A DNA stretch of 64,000 bases from an uncultured Chloroflexia bacterium. Lineage in GTDB: Bacteria > Chloroflexota > Limnocylindria > Limnocylindrales > CSP1-4. Of this stretch, positions 9,601 to 18,416 are shown one piece after another. The position numbers and the translations under genes were made by a program. The notes under the pieces were generated by a model. It did not search any database. It saw nothing but the letters and a program-made list of their open reading frames with translations, and had not been told where the DNA came from. The DNA is taken from positions 3,072,001 to 3,136,000 of the forward strand of contig OY970218.1 in NCBI GenBank assembly GCA_963713975.1. Reading direction: 5' to 3'. The first letter of the stretch is position 1; each line of letters opens with the position of its first letter.

Positions 9601-12150
9601 TCACAGCTCGTCTCCATCGCCATCGAGGGAGCCATCGGGACCGTCGTCGCCACGCAACACAACTCTGGCGTTGGAGCCGTCGAAGGCACCGATGTACCTG
9701 CGAGCCTCGAGTTGGTCAATAATCCGGGCAGCCCGGGCGTAGCCGATCTTGAGACGCCGCTGGAGCAGCGACGCCGAGGCGCGATCGTACTCCCGAATGA
9801 CCCCTACCGCGTCCATCAGCAGGCGGTCGGCCTCGTCATCGGCCAGTTCGTCGACCGATCCGGTGGCCTCGCCGGTGAGCGACGTGATCGACGTGTCATA
9901 GCGTGGGTCCTCGATCTGCTCGCACCAGCATTTCACGATCCTGGCGATCTCGGCGTCCGAAACAAACACGCCCTGATGCCGAATGGGCCGCGGCACGTCG
10001 GATGGTTGGTAGAGCATGTCACCGCGGCCGATCAGGTCCTCAGCCCCTGGCGTGTCGAGAATGGTCCGGCTGTCGATCTGGCTGGCCATCGCGAACGCGA
10101 TCCGGCTGGGGAAGTTCGCCTTGATCAACCCCGTGACAACGTTGACCGAAGGCCGCTGCGTCGCGAGCACCATGTGGATGCCGGTGGCCCGCGCCTTCTG
10201 GGCGAGGCGGACGATCGGGTCCTCGACGTTCTTGCCTTCGCGCATCATCAGGTCGGCGAGCTCGTCGATAATGATCACGATGTACGGCATGCGGCGACGC
10301 TCGTCGATCCGCCGCTCCGGGTCAGGGCTCTCAGCGAGATCGTTGTAGGCGCGGATGTTGCGCGCCGCATGGGCGGCGAACGTCTTGTAGCGCCGCTCCA
10401 TCTCCAGCACAACCCAGTTGAGCGCAGCCTTGGCCTTCTCGGGCTCGGTGATGACCGGGACCAGGAGGTGCGGCAGTTTCTCGCCCTCGCTGTACGACGC
10501 GAGTTCAACGCGCTTGAGGTCCATCAAGATCATCCGGACCTCGCGCGGCGTTGTGTTGCATAGCAGACTCGTGATTAGGGCGTTGACCATGACGCTCTTG
10601 CCGGAACCGGTGGCGCCGGCGATGAGCAGATGCGGCATCCGGGCGAGATCCACTGCCCGTGCCCGGCCAGCGACATCGCGGCCCAGAGCGAAGGTAAGGC
10701 GGGATACACCGGGATCAGCGAGGTCTACCTCATCGAGAATCCGCCGAAGTGCGACGAGGTTGGACTCCTGGTTGGGGATTTCGATGCCTACCGCGGCCTT
10801 GCCGGGGATCGGGGCCTCGATCCGGATGCTGCGGGCGGCCAACGCCATCGCGAGGTCGTCGGACAGCTCCTTGATCCTGCTCAGTTTGATGTGAGCTGCT
10901 GGCTGGACCTCGTACTGCGTGACGACCGGCCCTGCGTTGCGGCCGATGATCTCCGCCTCGATCCCAAAACTCGCCAGTTTCCTCTTGATTAGCGCCTCAT
11001 TGTTCTTGTGGACGACCGAGCTGTCCTCAGGCTGCGTCGGCGGATCCCCGAGGTCGAGGAGATCCCGGGCCGGCAGTTGAAATTGCGCACCGTCCACGGT
11101 GATGGCCGCCCGCGAGGCGTCCAGAGGCGCATCGTCCGGGTGACCCATGGTCTCGGGCGACATGGCTCCCAGAGCCACAGTCCCCATCGTCCGAGGCACT
11201 CCTCCGCTGCTGTTCGTGTCCCCAATCGGCGCTTCACCGGCGTAGCCCTCGACGCCGGAGCCGACTGGAGCGCCGTTCATCCCCGATGACTCGGTCACAC
11301 CAGGCACGCGCGGCCGCGCAAACGTCGCAGACATCGGACCCGCGGTCGCGACGACAACCGGCAGGATGGCGCCGGTGTCCTCGCCGAAGGCCCCCGTCTG
11401 GCCAGGGGACTCAACGGCCGGGATCTTCTGGCCACGCCCGCGTCGGCCGGCATCCGCGGCTGAACCGTTGTTGGTCGTGGTGGTCGCGCCGGCCCCCGCG
11501 GCGGCCGCCCTGGTCGTCACCGTCGCCGGCGCCTTGGGGGTGCGGTCCTGGAGCGAGCCGCCGGCCACCTTGGCCAGGCCCGTCGCCGGCGCCAGCATGG
11601 AGCGCAGGGTGCGGTCAAAGGCGATGAGGAGCCCGGCAAGCAGGAGCACCAGCATCACCACGAACGCGCCGGGGGCCGTCAGCAGGGGCTCAAGCAGGCC
11701 GACGACGAACCGCCCGATCCGGCCGCCCGTGAACTCATTGAACTGGACCAGCTGGATGAGGCCGAGCAAGCCCACGTAGGCCATGCCGATGCCCAGGAGC
11801 GTGCGACCCCAGGGTGCTCCCGGCTCCTTGCCCGGCCCCCACTCCACGTACCAGCCCGAGAGGAGGAGCACGAACGGCAGCAGCCAGCGCCCTGTCCCGA
11901 AGAATGGCCCGGAAAGGTTGCGCCACCAGTCGGTGAGGCTGCCCTCGCCAGGGAGCAGGAGCGCGATCATCGTCACTGCCCCCAGGCCGAGCAGGAAGAT
12001 GCCGACCAGCGACCGGATAACTGCCGGCGAAAGCCCCAGCGAGACCTTGGGCAGCGGCAGGCCGCCGCCCTTCGAACGACTGCGCGACGCCGGTGAGCGC
12101 GTCGTCCGGCGCGTGGTGGAGCGCGGCGGCGTCCGCCGCGACTTCGCCAT
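9601..12150 (-). CDS. ftsK: DNA translocase FtsK/SpoIIIE (4 TM segments, linker, motor)
   Basis: N-terminal TM helices, PHLLIAGATGSGKS, DLKRVEL, IIIDELAD, gamma winged helix. Follows rnj. Confidence 0.93.
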   Translation of the reverse strand: MAKSRRTPPRSTTRRTTRSPASRSRSKGGGLPLPKVSLGLSPAVIRSLVGIFLLGLGAVTMIALLLPGEGSLTDWWRNLSGPFFGTGRWLLPFVLLLSGWYVEWGPGKEPGAPWGRTLLGIGMAYVGLLGLIQLVQFNEFTGGRIGRFVVGLLEPLLTAPGAFVVMLVLLLAGLLIAFDRTLRSMLAPATGLAKVAGGSLQDRTPKAPATVTTRAAAAGAGATTTTNNGSAADAGRRGRGQKIPAVESPGQTGAFGEDTGAILPVVVATAGPMSATFARPRVPGVTESSGMNGAPVGSGVEGYAGEAPIGDTNSSGGVPRTMGTVALGAMSPETMGHPDDAPLDASRAAITVDGAQFQLPARDLLDLGDPPTQPEDSSVVHKNNEALIKRKLASFGIEAEIIGRNAGPVVTQYEVQPAAHIKLSRIKELSDDLAMALAARSIRIEAPIPGKAAVGIEIPNQESNLVALRRILDEVDLADPGVSRLTFALGRDVAGRARAVDLARMPHLLIAGATGSGKSVMVNALITSLLCNTTPREVRMILMDLKRVELASYSEGEKLPHLLVPVITEPEKAKAALNWVVLEMERRYKTFAAHAARNIRAYNDLAESPDPERRIDERRRMPYIVIIIDELADLMMREGKNVEDPIVRLAQKARATGIHMVLATQRPSVNVVTGLIKANFPSRIAFAMASQIDSRTILDTPGAEDLIGRGDMLYQPSDVPRPIRHQGVFVSDAEIARIVKCWCEQIEDPRYDTSITSLTGEATGSVDELADDEADRLLMDAVGVIREYDRASASLLQRRLKIGYARAARIIDQLEARRYIGAFDGSNARVVLRGDDGPDGSLDGDGDEL

Positions 12151-12153
12151 CCG

Positions 12154-13821
12154 CTAGACCTCGACGACCACGGGGAAGACCATCGGGCGGCGCTTCGTCT
12201 GCTCGTACAGGAAGCGCGACACGCCGTCCTTGATCTGGACCTTGAGCAGCGCGATCTCGGAGATCCGGTCACCAGGCGAGTTCACGGCCACCTCGATGCG
12301 GCGGATCGCCTCCTCGATGATCCGGTCCTCCTCGGGTCCGTGGACGAACCCGCGGGTGATGATCTCGGGGCGCCCGACGACCTTGCCGTTCTGCTTGTCC
12401 ACCTGGACCACGATCATGAACATGCCGTCGTTGGCGAGCGCGCGACGGTCGCGCAGGACGATGTCGCCGACCTCGCCCACGGACAGCCCGTCCACGTACA
12501 GGTACCCGGCTGCGACCGGCTGGCCACGTCGGGCGCTGCCGTCCTCGAAGATCTCGATCGGCGTGCCGTTCTCGATGATGAACACGTTGCCGGGGTCGAC
12601 GCCGGTCTCGGTCGCCAGGCGGCCGTGCTGCACCAGCATCCGGAACTCGCCGTGCATCGGGATGAAGTAGCGCGGCTTGGTGAGCCCGAGCATTAGCTTG
12701 AGCTCCTCCTGGCTGGCGTGGCCCGACACGTGGGCCCGCTTGATCGCGTGGTAGAAGACGTTGGCCCCGGCCTTGAACAGGTTGTCGATGGTCCGCGCCA
12801 CGTATTCCTCGTTGCCCGGGATCGGGCTGGCCGACACGATCACGGTATCCCCGGGCTGGATCTCCACGAACCGGTGGTCGCGGTTGGCCATGCGGGCCAG
12901 GCCCGCCATCGGCTCACCCTGGGCCCCCGTGGTCGCGATGACCAGCTTTTCCGGCGGCACGTCCTTGATCTTGTCCTTGCCGACGACCATCGACGGCTCG
13001 TACTTCAGGTAGCCGAGGTCCGTGGCGATCCGGAAGTTCTGCTCCATGGAGCGGCCGATGACCGTCGTCTTGCGACCGAGGTCCGCGGCTGCATCGAGGA
13101 CCTGCTGGACGCGCGCGATGTTGCTGGCGAACGTGGCGATGATCACCCGCCCGTCCAGCGGCTCCATGATCTCGCGGAAGGCCTCTCCCACGATCCGCTC
13201 GGACGGCGTATAGCCCGGGTTCTCGGCGCGGGTCGAGTCCGAGAGGAGGCAGATCACGCCCTCCTCGCCCAGGCGGGCCAGGATGTGGAAGTCGGACAGC
13301 CTGCCGTCGACCGGCGTGTGGTCGAACTTGAAGTCGCCGGTGTGCACGACCGTCCCGACCGGCGTCCGCAGGGCGATGCCCATCGCGTCCGGGATCGAGT
13401 GGCCGATGCGGAACGGGATCGCCGTGAACGGCCCGATCGGCAGCTCGTCGCCGGGCTCCAGGGAGTGCAGCGGGTTGTTGTGGAGCTTGTGCTCCTTGAT
13501 CTTGTTGCCCAGGAGGCCACGGGCCAGGGTGCTGGCGTAGACCGGCACGCCGGGGAACTCGGGCAGCACGTAGGGCAGGCCGCCGACATGGTCCTCGTGG
13601 GCGTGGGTGATGAGGAATGCGCGGAGCTTGGAGCGGTTCTCCTTGAGGTAGGTCACGTCTGGAACGACGAGGTCGATGCCGAACATCTCCTCGTCGGGGA
13701 ACATCAGTCCGCAGTCGATGACGACGATGTCGTCGCCGTACTCGAACACGTAGCAGTTCTTGCCGATCTCCCCTACCCCACCGAGCGGGATGATGCGGAG
13801 CGGCGTGTTCGGATCAGCCAT
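12154..13821 (-). CDS. rnj: Ribonuclease J
   Basis: PLGGVGEIGKN, THAHEDHVG, HSIPD, TGDFKFD, GAQGEP, HVSGH. ATG at 13821. Confidence 0.96.
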   Translation of the reverse strand: MADPNTPLRIIPLGGVGEIGKNCYVFEYGDDIVVIDCGLMFPDEEMFGIDLVVPDVTYLKENRSKLRAFLITHAHEDHVGGLPYVLPEFPGVPVYASTLARGLLGNKIKEHKLHNNPLHSLEPGDELPIGPFTAIPFRIGHSIPDAMGIALRTPVGTVVHTGDFKFDHTPVDGRLSDFHILARLGEEGVICLLSDSTRAENPGYTPSERIVGEAFREIMEPLDGRVIIATFASNIARVQQVLDAAADLGRKTTVIGRSMEQNFRIATDLGYLKYEPSMVVGKDKIKDVPPEKLVIATTGAQGEPMAGLARMANRDHRFVEIQPGDTVIVSASPIPGNEEYVARTIDNLFKAGANVFYHAIKRAHVSGHASQEELKLMLGLTKPRYFIPMHGEFRMLVQHGRLATETGVDPGNVFIIENGTPIEIFEDGSARRGQPVAAGYLYVDGLSVGEVGDIVLRDRRALANDGMFMIVVQVDKQNGKVVGRPEIITRGFVHGPEEDRIIEEAIRRIEVAVNSPGDRISEIALLKVQIKDGVSRFLYEQTKRRPMVFPVVVEV

Positions 13822-13838
13822 GGTCGCCTCGATGCCGG

Positions 13839-14573
13839 CTAGAAGAGGGTGAGCTGGGATGCGTCGTCGGCCGCGGGATCGGCGGCGGACGGCGCAGGGG
13901 CATGAATGGGAGCGCTCGCGGGAGTGGAGGTCGGCGCTACGACAGGCGCTGCAGGCGCCGTGGCCTCGGCCTGGCGATCGCGATGGGCGCGGGCACGCAC
14001 CAGGACCTCGGGGACGCGCGCCATGTCCTCGAAGCTCTCGCGCTCGATGGCGGCCGTGCGCAGGGCGGCCGCAGGGTGATACATCGCGAACACGAGGGCA
14101 TCGAGGGCACCGGTCTCGGGGTCCGCCGCCACGCTGGTCCCGTGAACCTGTCCGATGCGTGCGCCGGGCATGAACGTGCCCATCGAGTAGCGGCCGAGCG
14201 TCACGACCATCGCCGGATCCAGCACCTCCAGCTGTCGTCGGAGGTGCGGCGCACAAGCGGCGATCTCGTCGGGCTGCGGGTCGCGGTTGTCGGGCGGCCG
14301 GCACTTCACGACGTTGGTGATGAACACGTCCTCACGCCGCCAGCCGATGCTCTCGAGGAGCCGTACCAGAAGTCCGCCGGCCCGGCCGACGAAGGGCCGT
14401 CCGTCGCGATCCTCGTTGAAACCCGGGCCCTCGCCCACGAAGACCACCTCGGTGTCAGGGTCGCCCTCGCCCGGAACCGCCTGCGTCCGCGTCTCGTGCA
14501 GGCGGCAGCCGGTGCAGGCACGGACATCGTTCGCGATCAGCTCGAGCGCCGCAAGGCGCTCGTCGCGGGTCAC
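13839..14573 (-). CDS. Uracil-DNA glycosylase family 4 (4Fe-4S)
   Basis: CTGCRL, GEGPG..ED..GRPFVGRAG, NVVKCRPPDNRDP, YHPAA. Confidence 0.92.
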   Translation of the reverse strand: MTRDERLAALELIANDVRACTGCRLHETRTQAVPGEGDPDTEVVFVGEGPGFNEDRDGRPFVGRAGGLLVRLLESIGWRREDVFITNVVKCRPPDNRDPQPDEIAACAPHLRRQLEVLDPAMVVTLGRYSMGTFMPGARIGQVHGTSVAADPETGALDALVFAMYHPAAALRTAAIERESFEDMARVPEVLVRARAHRDRQAEATAPAAPVVAPTSTPASAPIHAPAPSAADPAADDASQLTLF

Positions 14574-15730
14574 GCGGGTATTCCCCCGGACGCTCCCACG
14601 GCAACTCCGGACGCTCCCGCGCCGGATCCCGTCGCTCCCGCGGCGGCTCGCTCGCTGCCCTTGCGGATCCAGCCTCGCTCCACAAGGACCTCGGCGATCT
14701 CCACCGCGTTGGAGGCCGCTCCCTTGCGCAGGTTGTCAGACACGACCCAGAACGCGAGGCCGCGATTAGCCGCGATCGAGGGATCCTGGCGTACCCGGCC
14801 CACGAACACGAGGTCCGAGCCGGCGGCGTCCATCGCGAGCGGGTAGACGTTGTTGGCAGGATCGTCCTGGACGACGACGCCCTTGACCTCGGCGAACAGC
14901 TCTCGGGCCCGGTCGGGCGTGATCGGGTCGCGGGTCTCGACGTGGACCGCCTCGGAGTGGCTCACGAACACCGGCACGCGGACGGCCGTGCACGAGACAC
15001 GCAGCTCCGGCAGGTGCAGGATCTTGCGGCTCTCGGTGACGACCTTCCACTCCTCCTTCGTGTACCCGTTGTCCAGGAACACGTCGATGTGCGGAAGGGC
15101 GTTGAAGCCGATCACGTGCGGGTAGACCGTGGCGGTCTTCTCGCGACCTTCGGCGTGGGCCTTGACCTGCTCGTCCAGCTCCACGATCGCCTTCTGGCCC
15201 GTGCCCGCCACCGCCTGGTAGGTGTCCACCACCATCCGTTCGATGCCGACCGCGTCACGGAGCGCCATCAGTGGCGGCATGAGCTGCATCGTCGAGCAGT
15301 TGGGGTTGGCGATGATCCCCTCGTGCCACGCCAGGTCGTCCGGGTTGACCTGGGACACGACGAGCGGCACGTGAGGATCCATCCGCCACGCGCTCGAGTT
15401 GTCGATGACCGCTGCCCCGCGCTTCGCCGCTTCGGGCGCCAGCTCCTTGGAGGTACCGCCACCCGCGCTGAACAGCGCGATGTCCACGCCCTCGAACGCG
15501 TCCGGCGTCGCGAGCTCCACGGTGATGTCCTTGCCGTTCACGGTCACGACCTTGCCGGCCGAGCGCGCAGAGGCGAGGAGACGCAACTCCGTGTACGGGA
15601 GCCGCTTCTCGAGGAGCACCTGGATCATGGTCCGGCCGACGGCGCCGGTGGCGCCGACGACGGCGACGGTGAGCTTCTCAGGGCTGGTTTCGGGCATGGT
15701 CCGACCTGTTAGCGATAGGTTGTCGGGCAC
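14570..15730 (-). CDS. asd: Aspartate-semialdehyde dehydrogenase
   Basis: VVGATGAVG, DNSSAWRM, ANPNCSTMQ, DNLRKGAA. Start is either GTG 15730 (leaderless) or ATG 15697. Confidence 0.95.
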   Translation of the reverse strand: MPDNLSLTGRTMPETSPEKLTVAVVGATGAVGRTMIQVLLEKRLPYTELRLLASARSAGKVVTVNGKDITVELATPDAFEGVDIALFSAGGGTSKELAPEAAKRGAAVIDNSSAWRMDPHVPLVVSQVNPDDLAWHEGIIANPNCSTMQLMPPLMALRDAVGIERMVVDTYQAVAGTGQKAIVELDEQVKAHAEGREKTATVYPHVIGFNALPHIDVFLDNGYTKEEWKVVTESRKILHLPELRVSCTAVRVPVFVSHSEAVHVETRDPITPDRARELFAEVKGVVVQDDPANNVYPLAMDAAGSDLVFVGRVRQDPSIAANRGLAFWVVSDNLRKGAASNAVEIAEVLVERGWIRKGSERAAAGATGSGAGASGVAVGASGGIPA

Positions 15731-15798
15731 GGCGGGAGTATACCAGCGGGCTCCGGCGCGACCGCCGGGCCGGTCGCGCGGGCGGGCGCCTGGTCACG

Positions 15799-16809
15799 TC
15801 ACGCGTCCCTCGCACCCATGGACCCGGGCGCCGCTCCGCCGTGCCACCCGGCCAGCTCGCGCGCCAGGCCGGCGCAGACCTCAAGAGCGATGTCCGCGAA
15901 GGCGTGCGAGGCGGGGGTCCGGAAACGGTCGCGGTGCCAGATCAGGGCCACACGTCGTGGCGGCAGGTCCGTTGGGATGATGACCACCGACGGGTCCGAA
16001 GGATCTGTCGCGAGCAGCGGGACGAGCGCGACCCCAAGCCCGGCGCCGGCCATCGCCTGGACCGTCCCGTTGTCCTCGGAGCGGAACACGAACGTGGGTT
16101 CGACTCCCCGGGACCGGAGGTGCTCTTCTGTGTCCTTCATGCTGCCGCCGGATCGGAAGCCGATCAGCCGCTGTGCCCCGATCACCTCCAGCGCCGGATT
16201 GGATGGCGTGCTGGCAAAGGGCGAGTCTGTCGCCGCGACCAGCACGTACGGGTCCCGGACGAGCTGGACCGCCTCGAATGGCCCTGGCGAGACCGGCAGC
16301 GTCCCGAACGACAGGTCGATGGCCCCAAGCTCCACCAGCTCCCACAGGCCCTCGTCGTTCGCCTCGGTGAGCCGGACCTCGATGCCCGGCCACACCTGGG
16401 CGAAGCGCGTCATCACCGCCGGCAGGACCCGCGTCCCCACGCTCTGGAAGACCCCCACTCGGAGCGTCCCGGTCTCACCGGCCGCATACGCCAGCAGGTC
16501 GGCCCGAGCCGCCTCCAGCCGGTTGGTGATCGCCAACGTGTGGCGCAGCAGGAGCTCCCCCGCCTCGGTGAGCGCCACCGTCCGGCGCCCGCGCGATCGC
16601 TCGATCAGCCGCACGCCGAGCGCCGCCTCCAGCGCGGCGATGTGCTGGCTCACCGCCGGCTGGGTGTAGTCGAGCGCGGCCGCCGCGGCATGGAACGAGC
16701 CCTCCTCGGCCACCGACCGGAAGCTCATCAGCTGGCGCAGGCTCAGGTCGGACAGGGCGTCCGGCAGGACGACGGGCACCGCGGACGACCGATCACGTGC
16801 GTTTATCAT
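15799..16809 (-). CDS. LysR-family transcriptional regulator
   Basis: LRQLMSF..VAEEGSFHAAAAALDYTQPAVSQHIAALE HTH plus substrate-binding domain. Exact start uncertain. Confidence 0.92.
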   Translation of the reverse strand: MINARDRSSAVPVVLPDALSDLSLRQLMSFRSVAEEGSFHAAAAALDYTQPAVSQHIAALEAALGVRLIERSRGRRTVALTEAGELLLRHTLAITNRLEAARADLLAYAAGETGTLRVGVFQSVGTRVLPAVMTRFAQVWPGIEVRLTEANDEGLWELVELGAIDLSFGTLPVSPGPFEAVQLVRDPYVLVAATDSPFASTPSNPALEVIGAQRLIGFRSGGSMKDTEEHLRSRGVEPTFVFRSEDNGTVQAMAGAGLGVALVPLLATDPSDPSVVIIPTDLPPRRVALIWHRDRFRTPASHAFADIALEVCAGLARELAGWHGGAAPGSMGARDA

Positions 16810-16862
16810 TCCAGTCAGTATATGAGATTGCTCTTATTCCCGACAACGAGCAGGATTGACTC

Positions 16863-16973
16863 ATGGAAATCCTGATCGTCCTCCTGATCGCCATCGTCCT
16901 CGGCATCCTGGCCCAGACGGTCGGGGCCGACTCCCGCGACGCCGACCCCTGGCACGCCTCCCCCTCCTGGTAG
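16863..16973 (+). CDS. Small (36 aa) membrane peptide with GADSRD motif, divergent from LysR
   Basis: MEILIVLLIAIVLGILAQTVGADSRDADPWHASPSW*, with strongly GC3-biased codons. A -10-like CAGGAT lies 6 nt upstream of the ATG. Confidence 0.7.
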   Translation: MEILIVLLIAIVLGILAQTVGADSRDADPWHASPSW

Positions 16974-17049
16974 ACCCACCCCATCCCCGACACGTAGAAG
17001 CGGCCCGGCATCGAGTCCGCGGCGCTCCCTGGTTGGTTGTGGTGCCTTC

Positions 17050-17499
17050 TCAGGCGTCGCCTCGGTCAGGGGCCGGCCGCACCATCCACTGCTCCGGTTC
17101 CCCGAGCGGCTCGAACCCGAACCCCGCGTAGAGGCCGTGCGCGTCCTGGGTCGCGAGCATCATCCGCTTGAGGCCCTGCAGCCGGGGGTCGTCGATGATT
17201 GCGGCCATCAGCCGCTTCCCCACCCCGCGCCCGCGGTTGGACTCGTCGACGAGGACGTCGCAGATCCAGGCGAAGGTTGCCTCGTCGGTGACCACCCGCG
17301 CAAACCCGACCTGCCGACCATCGACGTATGCCCCGAAGCACAGGGAGTGCATGAGGGACCGCTCAAACACGGAACGGCTCCGCCCCAGCGCCCAGTAGGA
17401 GCGCTCCGACAGGGCCGGAAAGAGCCACCCGAGATCGAGTTCGGCCGGGTCCGTGGTGATCCGCACGTCGCCCTCGGGATACTCGAGTCCGGCCGTCAT
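17050..17499 (-). CDS. GNAT family N-acetyltransferase
   Basis: QVGFARVVTD, DVLVDESNRGRGVGKRL acetyl-CoA motif, LATQDAHGLYAGFGF. ATG at 17499. Confidence 0.9.
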   Translation of the reverse strand: MTAGLEYPEGDVRITTDPAELDLGWLFPALSERSYWALGRSRSVFERSLMHSLCFGAYVDGRQVGFARVVTDEATFAWICDVLVDESNRGRGVGKRLMAAIIDDPRLQGLKRMMLATQDAHGLYAGFGFEPLGEPEQWMVRPAPDRGDA

Positions 17500-17646
17500 G
17501 GGGTGATGGTACGCGGCATGACACAGCGGAACCCCTGCGGAGCGGTGGTTGTCCGGCCTATGATCCGGATGACCTGGCCACCGCAAATGGTGGCGCGTGC
17601 TCGTCCCGGACCGCGCCGATATGGACTGCAAAGCACCGGAGGCACC

Positions 17647-18324
17647 GTGGAAACCACCCGCAAGGCACCCTACTCCGTCTCCAACGACGGCACGGGGCCG
17701 TACGCCATGTTCACCTGCGAGTCGTGCGGGCGCGACTACCGCGCGCAGCCGGTCCTCGTGGAGGAGGTCAAGGAGACCCTCGCCAAGTCCGCCTTTGGCG
17801 GGTTCCTGCGCAACATCCCGATCGTCGGCGACGCCGCCGCGAACCAGGTCGACAACGACCGCTATCGGAACACGCTGACCAACGACGAGCTCGAGAAGGC
17901 CTGGGCAGAGGTGAAGGTCAACTTCGCCGAGTGCCAGTCCTGCCGCCGGGTCGTGTGCATCCCCGACTTCGACATGGCCTCCGGCTTCTGCAAGGAGGAC
18001 TCGCCGCGCAGCGAGGAACTCCAGGCGCGGGATGCACAGCAGGCCGGCGCAGCCGCCGCGGGCTTCGTGAGTGGCATCGCGAACGTGTTCGGGATCTCCG
18101 ATGCGATGAAGGCCGCGGCCGCCCAGCAGTCAGCTGGGGTCGCGCCGGGTGCCGCGCCGGCGGCCACGTGCGCCTCCTGCGGGGGTGCGCTGGCGGCAGA
18201 GGCGAAGTTCTGCGCCAGCTGCGGAACGCCCGTGCCCAGCAAGGCCTTCTGCACCGGCTGCGGGAAGGAGCTCGCGGCGGGCGCGAAGTTCTGCGCCCAC
18301 TGCGGCCAGCCCGCGGGCGGATGA
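17647..18324 (+). CDS. Multi-zinc-ribbon protein (C-terminal double zinc ribbon)
   Basis: GTG at 17647 after GGAGG. Cys motifs CESCG, CQSCRRVVC..C, then CASCG..AKFCASCG and CTGCG..AKFCAHCG. Confidence 0.8.
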   Translation: METTRKAPYSVSNDGTGPYAMFTCESCGRDYRAQPVLVEEVKETLAKSAFGGFLRNIPIVGDAAANQVDNDRYRNTLTNDELEKAWAEVKVNFAECQSCRRVVCIPDFDMASGFCKEDSPRSEELQARDAQQAGAAAAGFVSGIANVFGISDAMKAAAAQQSAGVAPGAAPAATCASCGGALAAEAKFCASCGTPVPSKAFCTGCGKELAAGAKFCAHCGQPAGG

Positions 18325-18363
18325 CGGCGCCCGCAGGGGAGCCGCTGCGGAACACCTGAATCG

Positions 18364-18400
18364 GAAGCGCCCCCCGGGCCCAAGGCCCGGGGGGCGCTTC
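18364..18400. terminator. 17-bp-stem hairpin between convergent zinc-ribbon gene and pnp
   Basis: gaagcgccccccgggcc-caa-ggcccggggggcgcttc perfect inverted repeat. Confidence 0.75.
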
Positions 18401-18416
18401 TCGTTGCGCGCTGGGG

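Noticed and set aside
8510-11390. Prophage or ICE at ftsK
   Set aside because: No integrase, relaxase, structural genes or att-like repeats seen.
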